A program made the translations under genes and the position numbers. The notes beneath the pieces were generated by a model. That model did not search any database. It saw only the letters and a list, made by a program, of their open reading frames with translations, and was not told the origin of the DNA. Shown piece by piece: positions 26,689 through 35,581 of a stretch of 64,000 bases of DNA; positions within the stretch are counted from its first letter, which is position 1, and each line of letters starts with the position of its first letter. The DNA is from an uncultured bacterium (GTDB lineage Bacteria; Omnitrophota; Gorgyraeia; Ghiorseimicrobiales; Ghiorseimicrobiaceae), in the NCBI GenBank assembly GCA_913009335.1, contig CAJVXN010000001.1, positions 2,844 to 66,843 of the forward strand, in the 5' to 3' direction.

Positions 26689-28500
26689 TCATTTTGAATA
26701 CGCAGCTCCTATCTTACAGACTTTTACACAGATACCGCATTTAGTACATTTATTTAAATCTATTTCGTGCGGTTTTTTTACCATACCGGAAATTGCATCA
26801 GCAGGACATTCACGCCCACAAAGCGTACACCCCGTGCATTTATCAGCATTAATATAATACCTTACTAACGGTTTACATACCCCCGCGGGACACTTTTTAT
26901 GTTTTATATGATCCAGAAATTCATCGCGGAAATGCCGCAGAGTGCTTAATACCGGATTTGGCAGAGTTTGGCCCAGACCACACATTGAAGCATCTTTTAT
27001 CGCAATACAAAGCTCCTCTAAATAATCTAAATCTGACTCCTCTCCCTCTCCGTTAGATATTTTATCAAGAATTTCAATAAGTGTTATTGAACCTTCCCGG
27101 CAAGTAGAACACTTCCCGCAAGATTCATCACTTGTAAATGTGAGAAAAAACTTTGCGATATCAACAATACAGGTATCCTCATCCATTACCACCATTCCAC
27201 CTGAACCCATTATAGCTCCCACTTCCTTAAGACGTTCATAATCTACGGGAAGATGGAGAAGACGCGCGGGAATAAACCCTCCGGATGGACCTCCGGTCTG
27301 AACCGCTTTAAGCTTTTTATTATTAGGTATACCAGCGCCAATATCATAAACTATCTCGCGTAAGGTTATCCCCATGGGGACCTCAACTAATCCGGCATTA
27401 TTTACATTGCCGGCAAGAGAGAAAACTTTTGTCCCACGGCTTGTCTCTGTGCCTATCTGAGAAAACCACTTAGCCCCCCAACTTATTATCATGGGAACAT
27501 TGGCCCAGGTCTCTACATTATTAATATTAGTAGGGGCTCCCCAGAGACCGGATTGCGCAGGAAATGGAGGTTTCTGTGTTGGTTCAGGAACTATACCTTC
27601 CAAAGAATGAATCAAGGAAGTTTCTTCTCCGCAAACAAAGGCACCCGCACCCTCAAAAATTTCAATATCAAAACTAAAATCACTACCAAATATATTTTCT
27701 CCTAAGAGGCCATATTCCTTTGCAAGCTTTATCGCAGTCTTCATCCTGGCGATAGCTAATGGATACTCAATTCTTAAATATATATATCCATCCGTTGCCC
27801 CCATGGCATATCCACCTATGCACATACCCTCAATGATAGAATGCGGATCAGCTTCAACTATGCTCCTATCCATAAAAGCGCCTGGATCTCCCTCATCAGC
27901 ATTACATATAACATAACAACGAAGATTTTTGCTTTGTTTTCTTTTCTCTAATACCTGACTGCGGCATATATCCCATTTTTTACCTGTTGGAAATCCAGCA
28001 CCGCCTCTACCGCGCAGGCCCGCATCGGTAATTTCCTTTATTACGTCTTCAGGGCTCATACCGGTTAAAACTTTTGCCAGCGCTTTATAACCATCATTAG
28101 CGATATATTCATCAATGCTTTCGGGGTCTATTATACCGCGATTCCTTAAAGCAATAAGTCTCTGATCCTTAAAAAACGGAATATCACTTATTTTAGGAAT
28201 AGGGATATCTTTTCCTTCGGGCACATACATAAGCTCCTTTACCGGCCTACCCTTTAAGAAATGTTCCTGGACTAAATTGGGAATATCTTTCTCTTGTATA
28301 TATTGGTAGAAGATACCGTCAGGCTGGACTATAAGTATCGGCCCTTTAACACAAAGACCGCTTGCTCCAGTTTGTACAACTAAAACATCATTTTCAAGGC
28401 TCTGTTTTACGATTTCAGCCTCAAGGGCATTCTTTATTTTTAATGCACCATTAGATATACAATTGGTACATGTGCAAATCATTGCATGTAAACGCTGCAT
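26689..28500 (-). CDS. NuoF/HydB/HndC-like NADH-binding flavoprotein with an N-terminal thioredoxin-like 2Fe-2S domain and C-terminal 2x[4Fe-4S]
   Basis: GRGGAGFPTGKKW (NADH/FMN site). SLBB. CGKCSTCREG (N3-type cluster). C-terminal CTGCTLCGRECP and CTKCGICVKVC. 603 aa. Confidence 0.8.
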   Translation of the reverse strand: MQRLHAMICTCTNCISNGALKIKNALEAEIVKQSLENDVLVVQTGASGLCVKGPILIVQPDGIFYQYIQEKDIPNLVQEHFLKGRPVKELMYVPEGKDIPIPKISDIPFFKDQRLIALRNRGIIDPESIDEYIANDGYKALAKVLTGMSPEDVIKEITDAGLRGRGGAGFPTGKKWDICRSQVLEKRKQSKNLRCYVICNADEGDPGAFMDRSIVEADPHSIIEGMCIGGYAMGATDGYIYLRIEYPLAIARMKTAIKLAKEYGLLGENIFGSDFSFDIEIFEGAGAFVCGEETSLIHSLEGIVPEPTQKPPFPAQSGLWGAPTNINNVETWANVPMIISWGAKWFSQIGTETSRGTKVFSLAGNVNNAGLVEVPMGITLREIVYDIGAGIPNNKKLKAVQTGGPSGGFIPARLLHLPVDYERLKEVGAIMGSGGMVVMDEDTCIVDIAKFFLTFTSDESCGKCSTCREGSITLIEILDKISNGEGEESDLDYLEELCIAIKDASMCGLGQTLPNPVLSTLRHFRDEFLDHIKHKKCPAGVCKPLVRYYINADKCTGCTLCGRECPADAISGMVKKPHEIDLNKCTKCGICVKVCKIGAAYSK

Positions 28501-28648
28501 AACTTATATCCTCTAATGACGACACAAGTTATAAAGCTATAAACTATATAACTTGTACGTCGGAATTAGACCCTTGACATCTTTGATGTCAAGGGTAAGT
28601 TCGGACAGACACCTTACGTCATTAACATTCCGTAAGCTGTGCCCTCAC
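28501..28648. repeat. Structured intergenic element (three hairpins), paralogous to 29057-29176
   Basis: Shared segment cgtcggaatt(a/g)(g/a)acccttgacatctttgatgtcaagggta with a perfect 11-bp palindrome cccttgacatc/gatgtcaaggg. Flanking hairpins acaagttata/tataacttgt and cttacg/cgtaag. Confidence 0.75.
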
Positions 28649-29056
28649 TTACAGCACTCTCTCGCTGCCGACTGCCAAGGCGTATTCTTTAACAATATTT
28701 CCGCCAATTACGTGTTTTTCTAAAATTTCTTTAGCCTTATCAGGCGTTAAATCTACGTATTTAACCGGCGGTTCATTCTTCATTTCAACTGTTACCATAG
28801 GTTCACGACTGCAAAACCCCGCACAGCTGGACAATGTTAAAATCACATCTTTTAAATCGCGCTTTTCAATTTCTTCCATAAGGGCGGTCATAACAGTTCT
28901 AGCACCTGCGGCAATTCCACATGTACCCATATGCACAATCACTCTTGCGCGAGACTCTCCCTCGCGCAGATTTATTGTTTTCTTCATCTTCGCAGCTATC
29001 CTATCTAAATCTTCCGGTTTTAATTTTGGCATAATTAACTCCTTCAATGACGACAA
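28649..29056 (-). CDS. HndB/NuoE-type thioredoxin-like [2Fe-2S] ferredoxin (small)
   Basis: 135 aa. HMGTCGIAAGA...SSCAGFCSREP Cys pattern. Confidence 0.6.
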   Translation of the reverse strand: MSSLKELIMPKLKPEDLDRIAAKMKKTINLREGESRARVIVHMGTCGIAAGARTVMTALMEEIEKRDLKDVILTLSSCAGFCSREPMVTVEMKNEPPVKYVDLTPDKAKEILEKHVIGGNIVKEYALAVGSERVL

Positions 29057-29176
29057 AGGTTATGGAGTTAAAAACGACATAACTTTTGCGTCGGAATTGA
29101 ACCCTTGACATCTTTGATGTCAAGGGTAGATTCAGCCAGCAAGCTTACGAAGCGAAATCGTTCGTAAGCTTGGGCT
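29057..29176. repeat. Structured intergenic element (three hairpins), paralogous to 28501-28648
   Basis: Same conserved palindrome. The third hairpin is caagcttacgaa/ttcgtaagcttg, a 12-bp stem that compensates for the cttacg/cgtaag stem of the other copy. Confidence 0.75.
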
Positions 29177-30130
29177 TCATTTATACTTCTTTAAAACGTC
29201 ATCTACCTTGCTTATTTTCACATATCCATAAATATCATCATTAACAGATACTGCCGGTGATTGACCACAACAACCAATACAGTTAACCGTATCAAGGCTA
29301 AAGTTCAAATCTTTTGTCGTCTCACCGACTTTTATACCTAATTTATTCTCTAAAGAATGTAATATTTTATTTCCGCCTTTAACATAACAAGATGTCCCCA
29401 TGCAAACCCTAATAATATTTTTGCCTCTTGGCTTAAGGCTAAAAGCATTATAAAAAGTAGAAACGCGAAATACATGCGTAAACGGAAGTTCCATAAGCTG
29501 CGATACATACCAAAGGACATTTTCAGGAAAATAACCATAGGTACGATCAATTTCCTGTAAAATAAAAATAAGAGCTCCCTTGGTATTCCTGTAAGCATCA
29601 ACCATCTCTTCAACTCTGGACTTTTCTGACTTATCAAGTTTGGTCACAAATCGCTCATCATCTTCTGCTTCTTTCTTTAAATCAGTTATATTAAATATCC
29701 ATCTTAGTTTAGGATCATAGCTACGGTTCTTTACTATATTTCTAATAGTAGTTAAATAATCCGGGATGTATATATTGATATCATTTTTTACCTTAACCTG
29801 ACAAGCAAGACGCATATTATCATGTTTTTCCTCGCGGCTCATAAATATTTCCTCGGTAGGAAGTATTTCACCGCCGCCGTTTAATACTTTTATCTTGCAA
29901 TACCCACAAGTTGCTTTACCACCGCAAGAAGATGAAACATTTATATCATTCGCGGTAAGATCGGCAATTAAATAATTCCCGCCTTCAACAACAAACTCCT
30001 TCTCCTGGTCTTCCTGCTTAACGGTTATCTTACATTCACCATAATTAATAAGCACGCGGTCGGCGATGGTAAGCAAAACCGTTACCACGAGAAGAATCCC
30101 ATTCATTACTATTACAGGTAAAAAATTCAT
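29177..30130 (-). CDS. Membrane-anchored fusion: NqrF-type plant-like 2Fe-2S ferredoxin domain plus NuoE-type thioredoxin-like 2Fe-2S domain. It occupies the RnfB/NqrF position of the operon.
   Basis: N-terminal TM helix. SSCGGKATCGYCKIKV...LACQV (NqrF/ferredoxin 2Fe-2S). C-terminal RVCMGTSCYVKG...CIGCCGQSPAV (NuoE motif). 317 aa. Confidence 0.6.
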   Translation of the reverse strand: MNFLPVIVMNGILLVVTVLLTIADRVLINYGECKITVKQEDQEKEFVVEGGNYLIADLTANDINVSSSCGGKATCGYCKIKVLNGGGEILPTEEIFMSREEKHDNMRLACQVKVKNDINIYIPDYLTTIRNIVKNRSYDPKLRWIFNITDLKKEAEDDERFVTKLDKSEKSRVEEMVDAYRNTKGALIFILQEIDRTYGYFPENVLWYVSQLMELPFTHVFRVSTFYNAFSLKPRGKNIIRVCMGTSCYVKGGNKILHSLENKLGIKVGETTKDLNFSLDTVNCIGCCGQSPAVSVNDDIYGYVKISKVDDVLKKYK

Positions 30131-30154
30131 AATAAATAAACTTTGATAAGGAAA

Positions 30155-30742
30155 CTATTGAATCCTGACCATCCCTCCAAAACCTAAAAACGCTAAAGCA
30201 ATAATTCCCGCGATAATCATGATAATGCCCGGGCCGCGAAGCCCCTTAGGAATATCTGAAACTAATCTTAATTTTTCATTTATCGCTGCAACTATCAAGA
30301 TTGCCAGCATCCAGCCTACGGCTGAACCAAAAGCAAAAACAATAGTGGCTAAGTATGAATAGCTTCTTAGCACCATAAAAAGGGAGACTGCCAATACTGT
30401 ACAATTTACGGTTATCAGCGGAAGAAAAATCCCGAAAGAAGCCTGCAAAACGACAAAAAATTTCTCCATAATCATCTCAACCAGCTGAACGCTTGCGGCA
30501 ATAACAATGATAAAAACGATATAGTAAATAAGCTCACATCCTGCCGGAACAAGAATTAAATGATAAATAGGCCAGTTAATAGCTGCCGTAAGCGTTACTA
30601 CAAAAATTACGGCAATACCCATACCAAAAGCAGTCTTAAAACTTTTAGATAAAGCTATAAAAGGACACATGCCTAATAAATAGGTAAGCGCAATATTATG
30701 CGTAAAAACAGCAGCAATAAAAATAGTTAATAAATTACCCAT
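30155..30742 (-). CDS. rnfA: Rnf/Nqr complex subunit A (RnfA/NqrE family)
   Basis: 195 aa, six-TM, polar Cys in TM (GCELIYY). Operon position. Confidence 0.7.
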   Translation of the reverse strand: MGNLLTIFIAAVFTHNIALTYLLGMCPFIALSKSFKTAFGMGIAVIFVVTLTAAINWPIYHLILVPAGCELIYYIVFIIVIAASVQLVEMIMEKFFVVLQASFGIFLPLITVNCTVLAVSLFMVLRSYSYLATIVFAFGSAVGWMLAILIVAAINEKLRLVSDIPKGLRGPGIIMIIAGIIALAFLGFGGMVRIQ

Positions 30743-30744
30743 AA

Positions 30745-31374
30745 TTATTCCTTGGACTCAACTCCTGCGATAGTTCTTGTTATCCACAAATAAATACTCA
30801 ATACAAAAAATGCCCCCGGAGCCATAGCCATCATTACCCAATTTGTCCAACCATCAGGCATGACCCTAAAACCTAAAATAGTACCAAAGCCTAGCGACTC
30901 GCGCACAATAGCAATAATCACCAGTGTATACGAATAGCCCAATCCAACACCCAATCCATCCATCATAGAATGCGTTATTTTATTCTTACTGGCAAAAGCC
31001 TCGGCTCTTCCCATGATAATACAGTTGGTAATAATAAGCCCGACATAAGGACCGATAGCTTCACGTATTACAGGATAAAAAGCCTGCAGGAAACGGTCTA
31101 CAATAATTACAAAAGAAGCAATGGCTATCATGTAAGTTATAATACGCACACGAGCAGGTATAAAATTCCTTAAAGCGGAGATAGTAAGAGCCGTAAAGAT
31201 TAAAACAAAGGTAACGCCGGCACCCATAGCAATGGCATTTTCTACTTTATTTGTTACGGCTAAACCGGAACAAATACCTAAAAGCATACAAAAAACAGGA
31301 TTATCGCGCCAAAGGCCAATCATCATAACCTTAAACCCTTTCGCGCGTAGAAGTTTTTTTATGTTCTTTGCCAT
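30745..31374 (-). CDS. rnfE: Rnf/Nqr complex subunit E (RnfE/NqrD family)
   Basis: 209 aa integral membrane protein, paralogous fold to subunit A. Operon position. Confidence 0.7.
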   Translation of the reverse strand: MAKNIKKLLRAKGFKVMMIGLWRDNPVFCMLLGICSGLAVTNKVENAIAMGAGVTFVLIFTALTISALRNFIPARVRIITYMIAIASFVIIVDRFLQAFYPVIREAIGPYVGLIITNCIIMGRAEAFASKNKITHSMMDGLGVGLGYSYTLVIIAIVRESLGFGTILGFRVMPDGWTNWVMMAMAPGAFFVLSIYLWITRTIAGVESKE

Positions 31375-31377
31375 ATT

Positions 31378-31950
31378 CTAGTTTTCCTTAATAAGTGCTA
31401 AATACTCTCCCACCTGATTATTTATTAATTCTTCAAATGCCTTACTCGTCATTGTAGCTCCTGTAATCGCATCCACTTCATTTTCTGCCTTTGCCTTACC
31501 ATGAGGCACAATTTTTAAAGCTGGGAATACTTTTTTACCCTGAAACTTAGCTAAGTATTCTTCTTCGCTAATCCTGCCCCCTAAACCGGGAGTCTCCTCC
31601 TGATGTATAATAGTTATCCCTTTAATACTTTCAAAATCCGGATTAAAAGCAATAATTCCTTTAATCGGACCCCATACACCCGAACCCTTAATTCCAAATG
31701 CAACCTCCCTTGAGAGAGATAGATAGAATTCCTTATTTTCTTTTTGTACTACTTCAATATTATCAGAGAATATATCCTCTAAGTTTTCCTTGGTGTAAGA
31801 AATATCAAAAACATCAAGTACGCTTCTCTTCTTCTTAAGCTCCTCATTCTTTTGGATGATGGGAGTCGTATAATGATTAATCGCAACAAGCAACGTAGTA
31901 AAGAAGCTTCCCAGAAGTACAACGAAAATGATAATTTTTAATACTTTCAT
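31378..31950 (-). CDS. rnfG: Rnf/Nqr complex subunit G (RnfG/NqrC), FMN-binding
   Basis: N-terminal TM anchor. DAITGATMTSKAF (covalent-FMN Thr motif). 190 aa. Confidence 0.75.
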   Translation of the reverse strand: MKVLKIIIFVVLLGSFFTTLLVAINHYTTPIIQKNEELKKKRSVLDVFDISYTKENLEDIFSDNIEVVQKENKEFYLSLSREVAFGIKGSGVWGPIKGIIAFNPDFESIKGITIIHQEETPGLGGRISEEEYLAKFQGKKVFPALKIVPHGKAKAENEVDAITGATMTSKAFEELINNQVGEYLALIKEN

Positions 31951-31955
31951 TTATA

Positions 31956-33053
31956 TTAGGTGGTTGGTTTTAATTTACCAGTTACCTTCTTAGGTTCTTT
32001 ATATTTTACTGCAAGCACAACATGATCAATTAAAGGCGCAAAAGCATTCATTAAAAGTATGCTGAACATAACCCCTTCAACATAACCGGAAAGCGCACGA
32101 ATTAAAACTGTTAATAATCCTAGCAATATCCCCCCTACCCATTTCCCTTCCTTGGTAAAAGGTGAAGTTACCGGATCAGTAGCCATAAACATCGCGCCAA
32201 AAAGAAGCCCGCCGGTTAAAAGCTGAAAACTTGGCGGTGCAAATTTTAGGGGTGCTAAATTATTGCCGATAAGTGAGAATATAGCTACCGAAGCTAAATA
32301 GGAAAAAGGTATGCGCCAATTAACTATACGTGTTATAATCAAAAATATTCCGCCGAGAATTATTCCCAACCTAAAGACTTCACCGATACATCCCCCGCTA
32401 AACCCAAACAGTAAATCACTAAATGATGCTAAGACATTCTCACTACGAAAAGCATTTAAAGGTGTCGCAGCTGTTATGGCATCCACGCCAAATTTACTAA
32501 ACCCCCCTAAACCCCCGATATAAGGCTTGGGCCAACCTACGGTCATTATCAAAGGAAAGCATATAGTTAAAAAAATCCTGCCGACAATCGCCGGGTTAAA
32601 TATGTTTTTACCTGTTCCGCCAAATACTTCTTTTCCAAAAAATACACCAAACATAACCCCAAGGGCTACAACCCATAAAGGAATAGACGGCGGAAGCAGT
32701 AACGGAAAAATTAATCCCGTAACCAAAAATCCTTCATGTATTTCTTTCTTTCGCGCAACCGCAAAAGCAACTTCTACCACACCGCCGGCTATATAAGAAA
32801 CAAGTATGACTAAGATCACACGCAGTCCCCAAAAATAAACCGCTGCAGCTACAGCAGGAAGAAGAGCAATAATCACAAAACTCATATAACGTTTTATATC
32901 AAGATAATCGGTTATGTGAGGAACCGTATTTAGCTCATCCGTGCCAAAAAGAGCTCCATCCAGAGCAGTTAATACCGGTTTAAATTTACTTAGAAATTTA
33001 TTCTTCTCTACTAGCTTAAAACTTATATCCAACGCCTTACGGACTATCTTCAT
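31956..33053 (-). CDS. rnfD: Rnf/Nqr complex subunit D (RnfD/NqrB)
   Basis: 365 aa polytopic membrane protein. GGLLFGAMFMATDPVTSP conserved region. Confidence 0.7.
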   Translation of the reverse strand: MKIVRKALDISFKLVEKNKFLSKFKPVLTALDGALFGTDELNTVPHITDYLDIKRYMSFVIIALLPAVAAAVYFWGLRVILVILVSYIAGGVVEVAFAVARKKEIHEGFLVTGLIFPLLLPPSIPLWVVALGVMFGVFFGKEVFGGTGKNIFNPAIVGRIFLTICFPLIMTVGWPKPYIGGLGGFSKFGVDAITAATPLNAFRSENVLASFSDLLFGFSGGCIGEVFRLGIILGGIFLIITRIVNWRIPFSYLASVAIFSLIGNNLAPLKFAPPSFQLLTGGLLFGAMFMATDPVTSPFTKEGKWVGGILLGLLTVLIRALSGYVEGVMFSILLMNAFAPLIDHVVLAVKYKEPKKVTGKLKPTT

Positions 33054-34555
33054 AATTTAGTAGTTATTCCTTTGTATTCTTTAAGCCCTTTTAACTTAAA
33101 ATGCGGTAAAATGCTGCTCGACCGTTCGATTCCCTCCATGGCCAATTTTTTCTCGCCTTCTTTTATAAGTTCAAGAAGGGGAATTTTCGAAGGACACACA
33201 TAGCTGCATAAACCACATCCAATACAATTAAAAATCTTAAATCTTACTAAAGAATCATCGATTATATTATTTTTTACATACTTACCCAATAAATGCGGAA
33301 TTATCTGCACAGGGCAAACTTCTTCGCAATAATTACAGCTTATGCATGGCCTCAGTTCTCCGTGAATATTCGTATCCAGGGTCTTATCACAAAACGGAAA
33401 AACACTTGATGCAAACGTATTAGAATAAGCATCGCGCTTAACGCCCAAGCGAAGGAATGAGAAAAACTCTCTCTTATTATTCTCCGGCAAAGCAATAATC
33501 TTAGAAGTTGCCTTAGTTACAGGTAAAGATAAATCTGTAAGTTTATCACCCACAAGTGTATTTTCTAAAACAATTCGCGAACTTACATCAGTTCTTAAAT
33601 AAGATTTAAGAATATCCGCTATAGGCGTACCTATCCTCACCTTCAAATGCGGCGTATCATTAAACCCCGGTCCGCAGATGGCAATAGTACGCTCAATTAA
33701 AGGCTTCCCTTTTACTACTGCCTCATATACGGAAAGTATTGTCTGAGCGTTTAAAACAATTACCCCGAGATTAGCGGCATAATAGCCAAATGGAAACTTC
33801 TCACCCAAAACAGTCGCAACAAGCATCTCATCATACCCCTGAGGATACTTTGGCTCTAAAGAAATAATATTGATAAAGCCATATTGAGAAACAGCCTCAG
33901 ATAACTTTTCATTAATCTGCATATCAGTCTTACTTAAGGCAAGGTAAATATTAGCCTGAGGCATAAAAGCATGCAAAATCCGTAATCCTTCTATGTAATC
34001 TAAAACCCTTTTTTCGCCCAATAATAATTCTTGAGAAAGATTATAAACGTCAAATCCGATTGCAGGAACAATAATACTTCTAACATCTTTAGGGGTAATG
34101 ATTGAGCTTTTAAATTTTGTGGGAATTCCTGATTTATCTAAAGAAGTTACGCCAGCTAAATACAATATGCTTTCAATTTCCTCATTTTTTAGTTTCGCCC
34201 AATCAGAAGTAAACCCTTTAACTTTTTTACAATCATCTGCTTTATCTTTCCGGGTAGATATTCTTACTATTTGAGTTTCATGCCCCAAATAGTTTGAAAG
34301 CTTTATTTCTTTAACTACCCCAGATACAGATGCATGCACAGGGCTTGAGACATTTGAATCATCCCTTCCGATAATCTGTCCTGCGACTACAATATCACCT
34401 TCCTTTACCAAAGAAACAACACCCATCCCAAAACCTTGCTTTAAAGGAATAAGCACTTCATTAGGAATATCTTGCGTAGTCAGCATATCACGCGGACAAC
34501 CCTCAATTCGCCTGAAACGATACCCGCCCTTGAATGTATATTGTTTTTTCTTCAT
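33050..34555 (-). CDS. rnfC: Rnf complex subunit C-like (RnfC/NqrA family) with C-terminal 2x[4Fe-4S]
   Basis: N-terminal barrel-sandwich domain (SSPVHASVSGVVKEI). C-terminal CISCNYCEEVCP and CIGCGLCSYVCP. The expected GGAGFP NADH/FMN glycine motif appears as CGPGFNDTP. 501 aa. Confidence 0.6.
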   Translation of the reverse strand: MKKKQYTFKGGYRFRRIEGCPRDMLTTQDIPNEVLIPLKQGFGMGVVSLVKEGDIVVAGQIIGRDDSNVSSPVHASVSGVVKEIKLSNYLGHETQIVRISTRKDKADDCKKVKGFTSDWAKLKNEEIESILYLAGVTSLDKSGIPTKFKSSIITPKDVRSIIVPAIGFDVYNLSQELLLGEKRVLDYIEGLRILHAFMPQANIYLALSKTDMQINEKLSEAVSQYGFINIISLEPKYPQGYDEMLVATVLGEKFPFGYYAANLGVIVLNAQTILSVYEAVVKGKPLIERTIAICGPGFNDTPHLKVRIGTPIADILKSYLRTDVSSRIVLENTLVGDKLTDLSLPVTKATSKIIALPENNKREFFSFLRLGVKRDAYSNTFASSVFPFCDKTLDTNIHGELRPCISCNYCEEVCPVQIIPHLLGKYVKNNIIDDSLVRFKIFNCIGCGLCSYVCPSKIPLLELIKEGEKKLAMEGIERSSSILPHFKLKGLKEYKGITTKL

Positions 34556-34613
34556 ATTATATGTTTAGCCCCGATAAACTTTAGCTACACAAACTACAAA
34601 ACCTAACAAGCGA

Positions 34614-34703
34614 TTGTACTGCGTTTCGCACAGCACCCCACTGTATTTACCCAATGGTTGCACTGCGCTTTACGCAGCACCCCACTGTATTTATCTAATG
34701 GTT
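34614..34703. repeat. Two tandem ~44-bp direct repeats with internal palindromes, between rex and rnfC
   Basis: tgtactgcgtttcgcacagcaccccactgtatttacccaatggt and tgcactgcgctttacgcagcaccccactgtatttatctaatggt. The second contains ctgcg-cttta-cgcag. A Rex-box-like TTGTTAAATAGCTCACAG (3 mismatches) follows at 34701-34718. Confidence 0.7.
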
Positions 34704-34747
34704 GTTAAATAGCTCACAGTGAAATCAATCACGACCTTAGGAAAAAA

Positions 34748-35383
34748 TTAACTTTTTGATTTAGTTAAAAAATAGGCTAATCTCTCAAGCTCGATTGAAA
34801 GATCTATATTAAGCAGACCTACCGAAGGCGGAACCTGTGGTCTGATAGGAGCAAAATTAAGTATAGCTTTGACTCCGGATTTTATTAAAATATTTATTAC
34901 CTCCTGCGCGCCTTCACCGGGTGTGGCAACAATACCAATGGAAATATTACGTTCCTTTACAGTATTTCCTAATTCACTAATATCCTGTATCTTAATTCCT
35001 TCCAACGTCTTACCAACTCTACGCAAATCATTATCAAAGGCACAAATAATCTTAAATCCTTGTTTCTCAAATCCTTTATAAGAAAGCAAAGCTGTGCCTA
35101 AATTACCAACACCGGCTAAAACAACATCCCAATTTTTATCCGTACCAAGAATTGATAAAATAGCTTTTTTTAATGCCTCAACCTCATACCCCTTACCGGG
35201 TGTACCAAATTGGCCAAAATAGGTTAAATCACGTCTAACTTGAGCAGCCGTAAAGTTAGTTAATTTCGAAAGCTCATCAGAAGAAACATAATCTTTACCG
35301 CGCGATTCTACTAAAACCCGATAATACAACGAAAGTCTCGGAACTGCTGCTTGAGGAATTTTATTAATCATATAGAGACCCAT
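34748..35383 (-). CDS. rex: Redox-sensing transcriptional repressor Rex
   Basis: N-terminal winged helix (IPQAAVPRLSLYYRVL). Rossmann NADH-binding GVGNLG. 211 aa. Confidence 0.85.
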   Translation of the reverse strand: MGLYMINKIPQAAVPRLSLYYRVLVESRGKDYVSSDELSKLTNFTAAQVRRDLTYFGQFGTPGKGYEVEALKKAILSILGTDKNWDVVLAGVGNLGTALLSYKGFEKQGFKIICAFDNDLRRVGKTLEGIKIQDISELGNTVKERNISIGIVATPGEGAQEVINILIKSGVKAILNFAPIRPQVPPSVGLLNIDLSIELERLAYFLTKSKS

Positions 35384-35429
35384 CCTTTAAAGGTATTAGG
35401 ACGGTCTATCCCTGTGGATAAGGAAATGT

Positions 35430-35447
35430 TAGTTAAATGTTTCACAA
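35430..35447. promoter_or_regulatory. Possible Rex operator upstream of rex (autoregulation)
   Basis: TAGTTAAATGTTTCACAA. The right half-site TTCACAA is perfect and the left half has 2 mismatches. It sits 47-64 nt upstream of the rex start. Confidence 0.35.
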
Positions 35448-35581
35448 ATACTAATATGTTACTACTATACTAAAATAATTTTGATTGTCAAGAAAAATCT
35501 GCTGGCTGGCGATTAAATTTTTACTTGATGCCGCAAATACTTTTGGGGCGCAAGAAAAAAATACCTTAATCGAAGCTGAAT

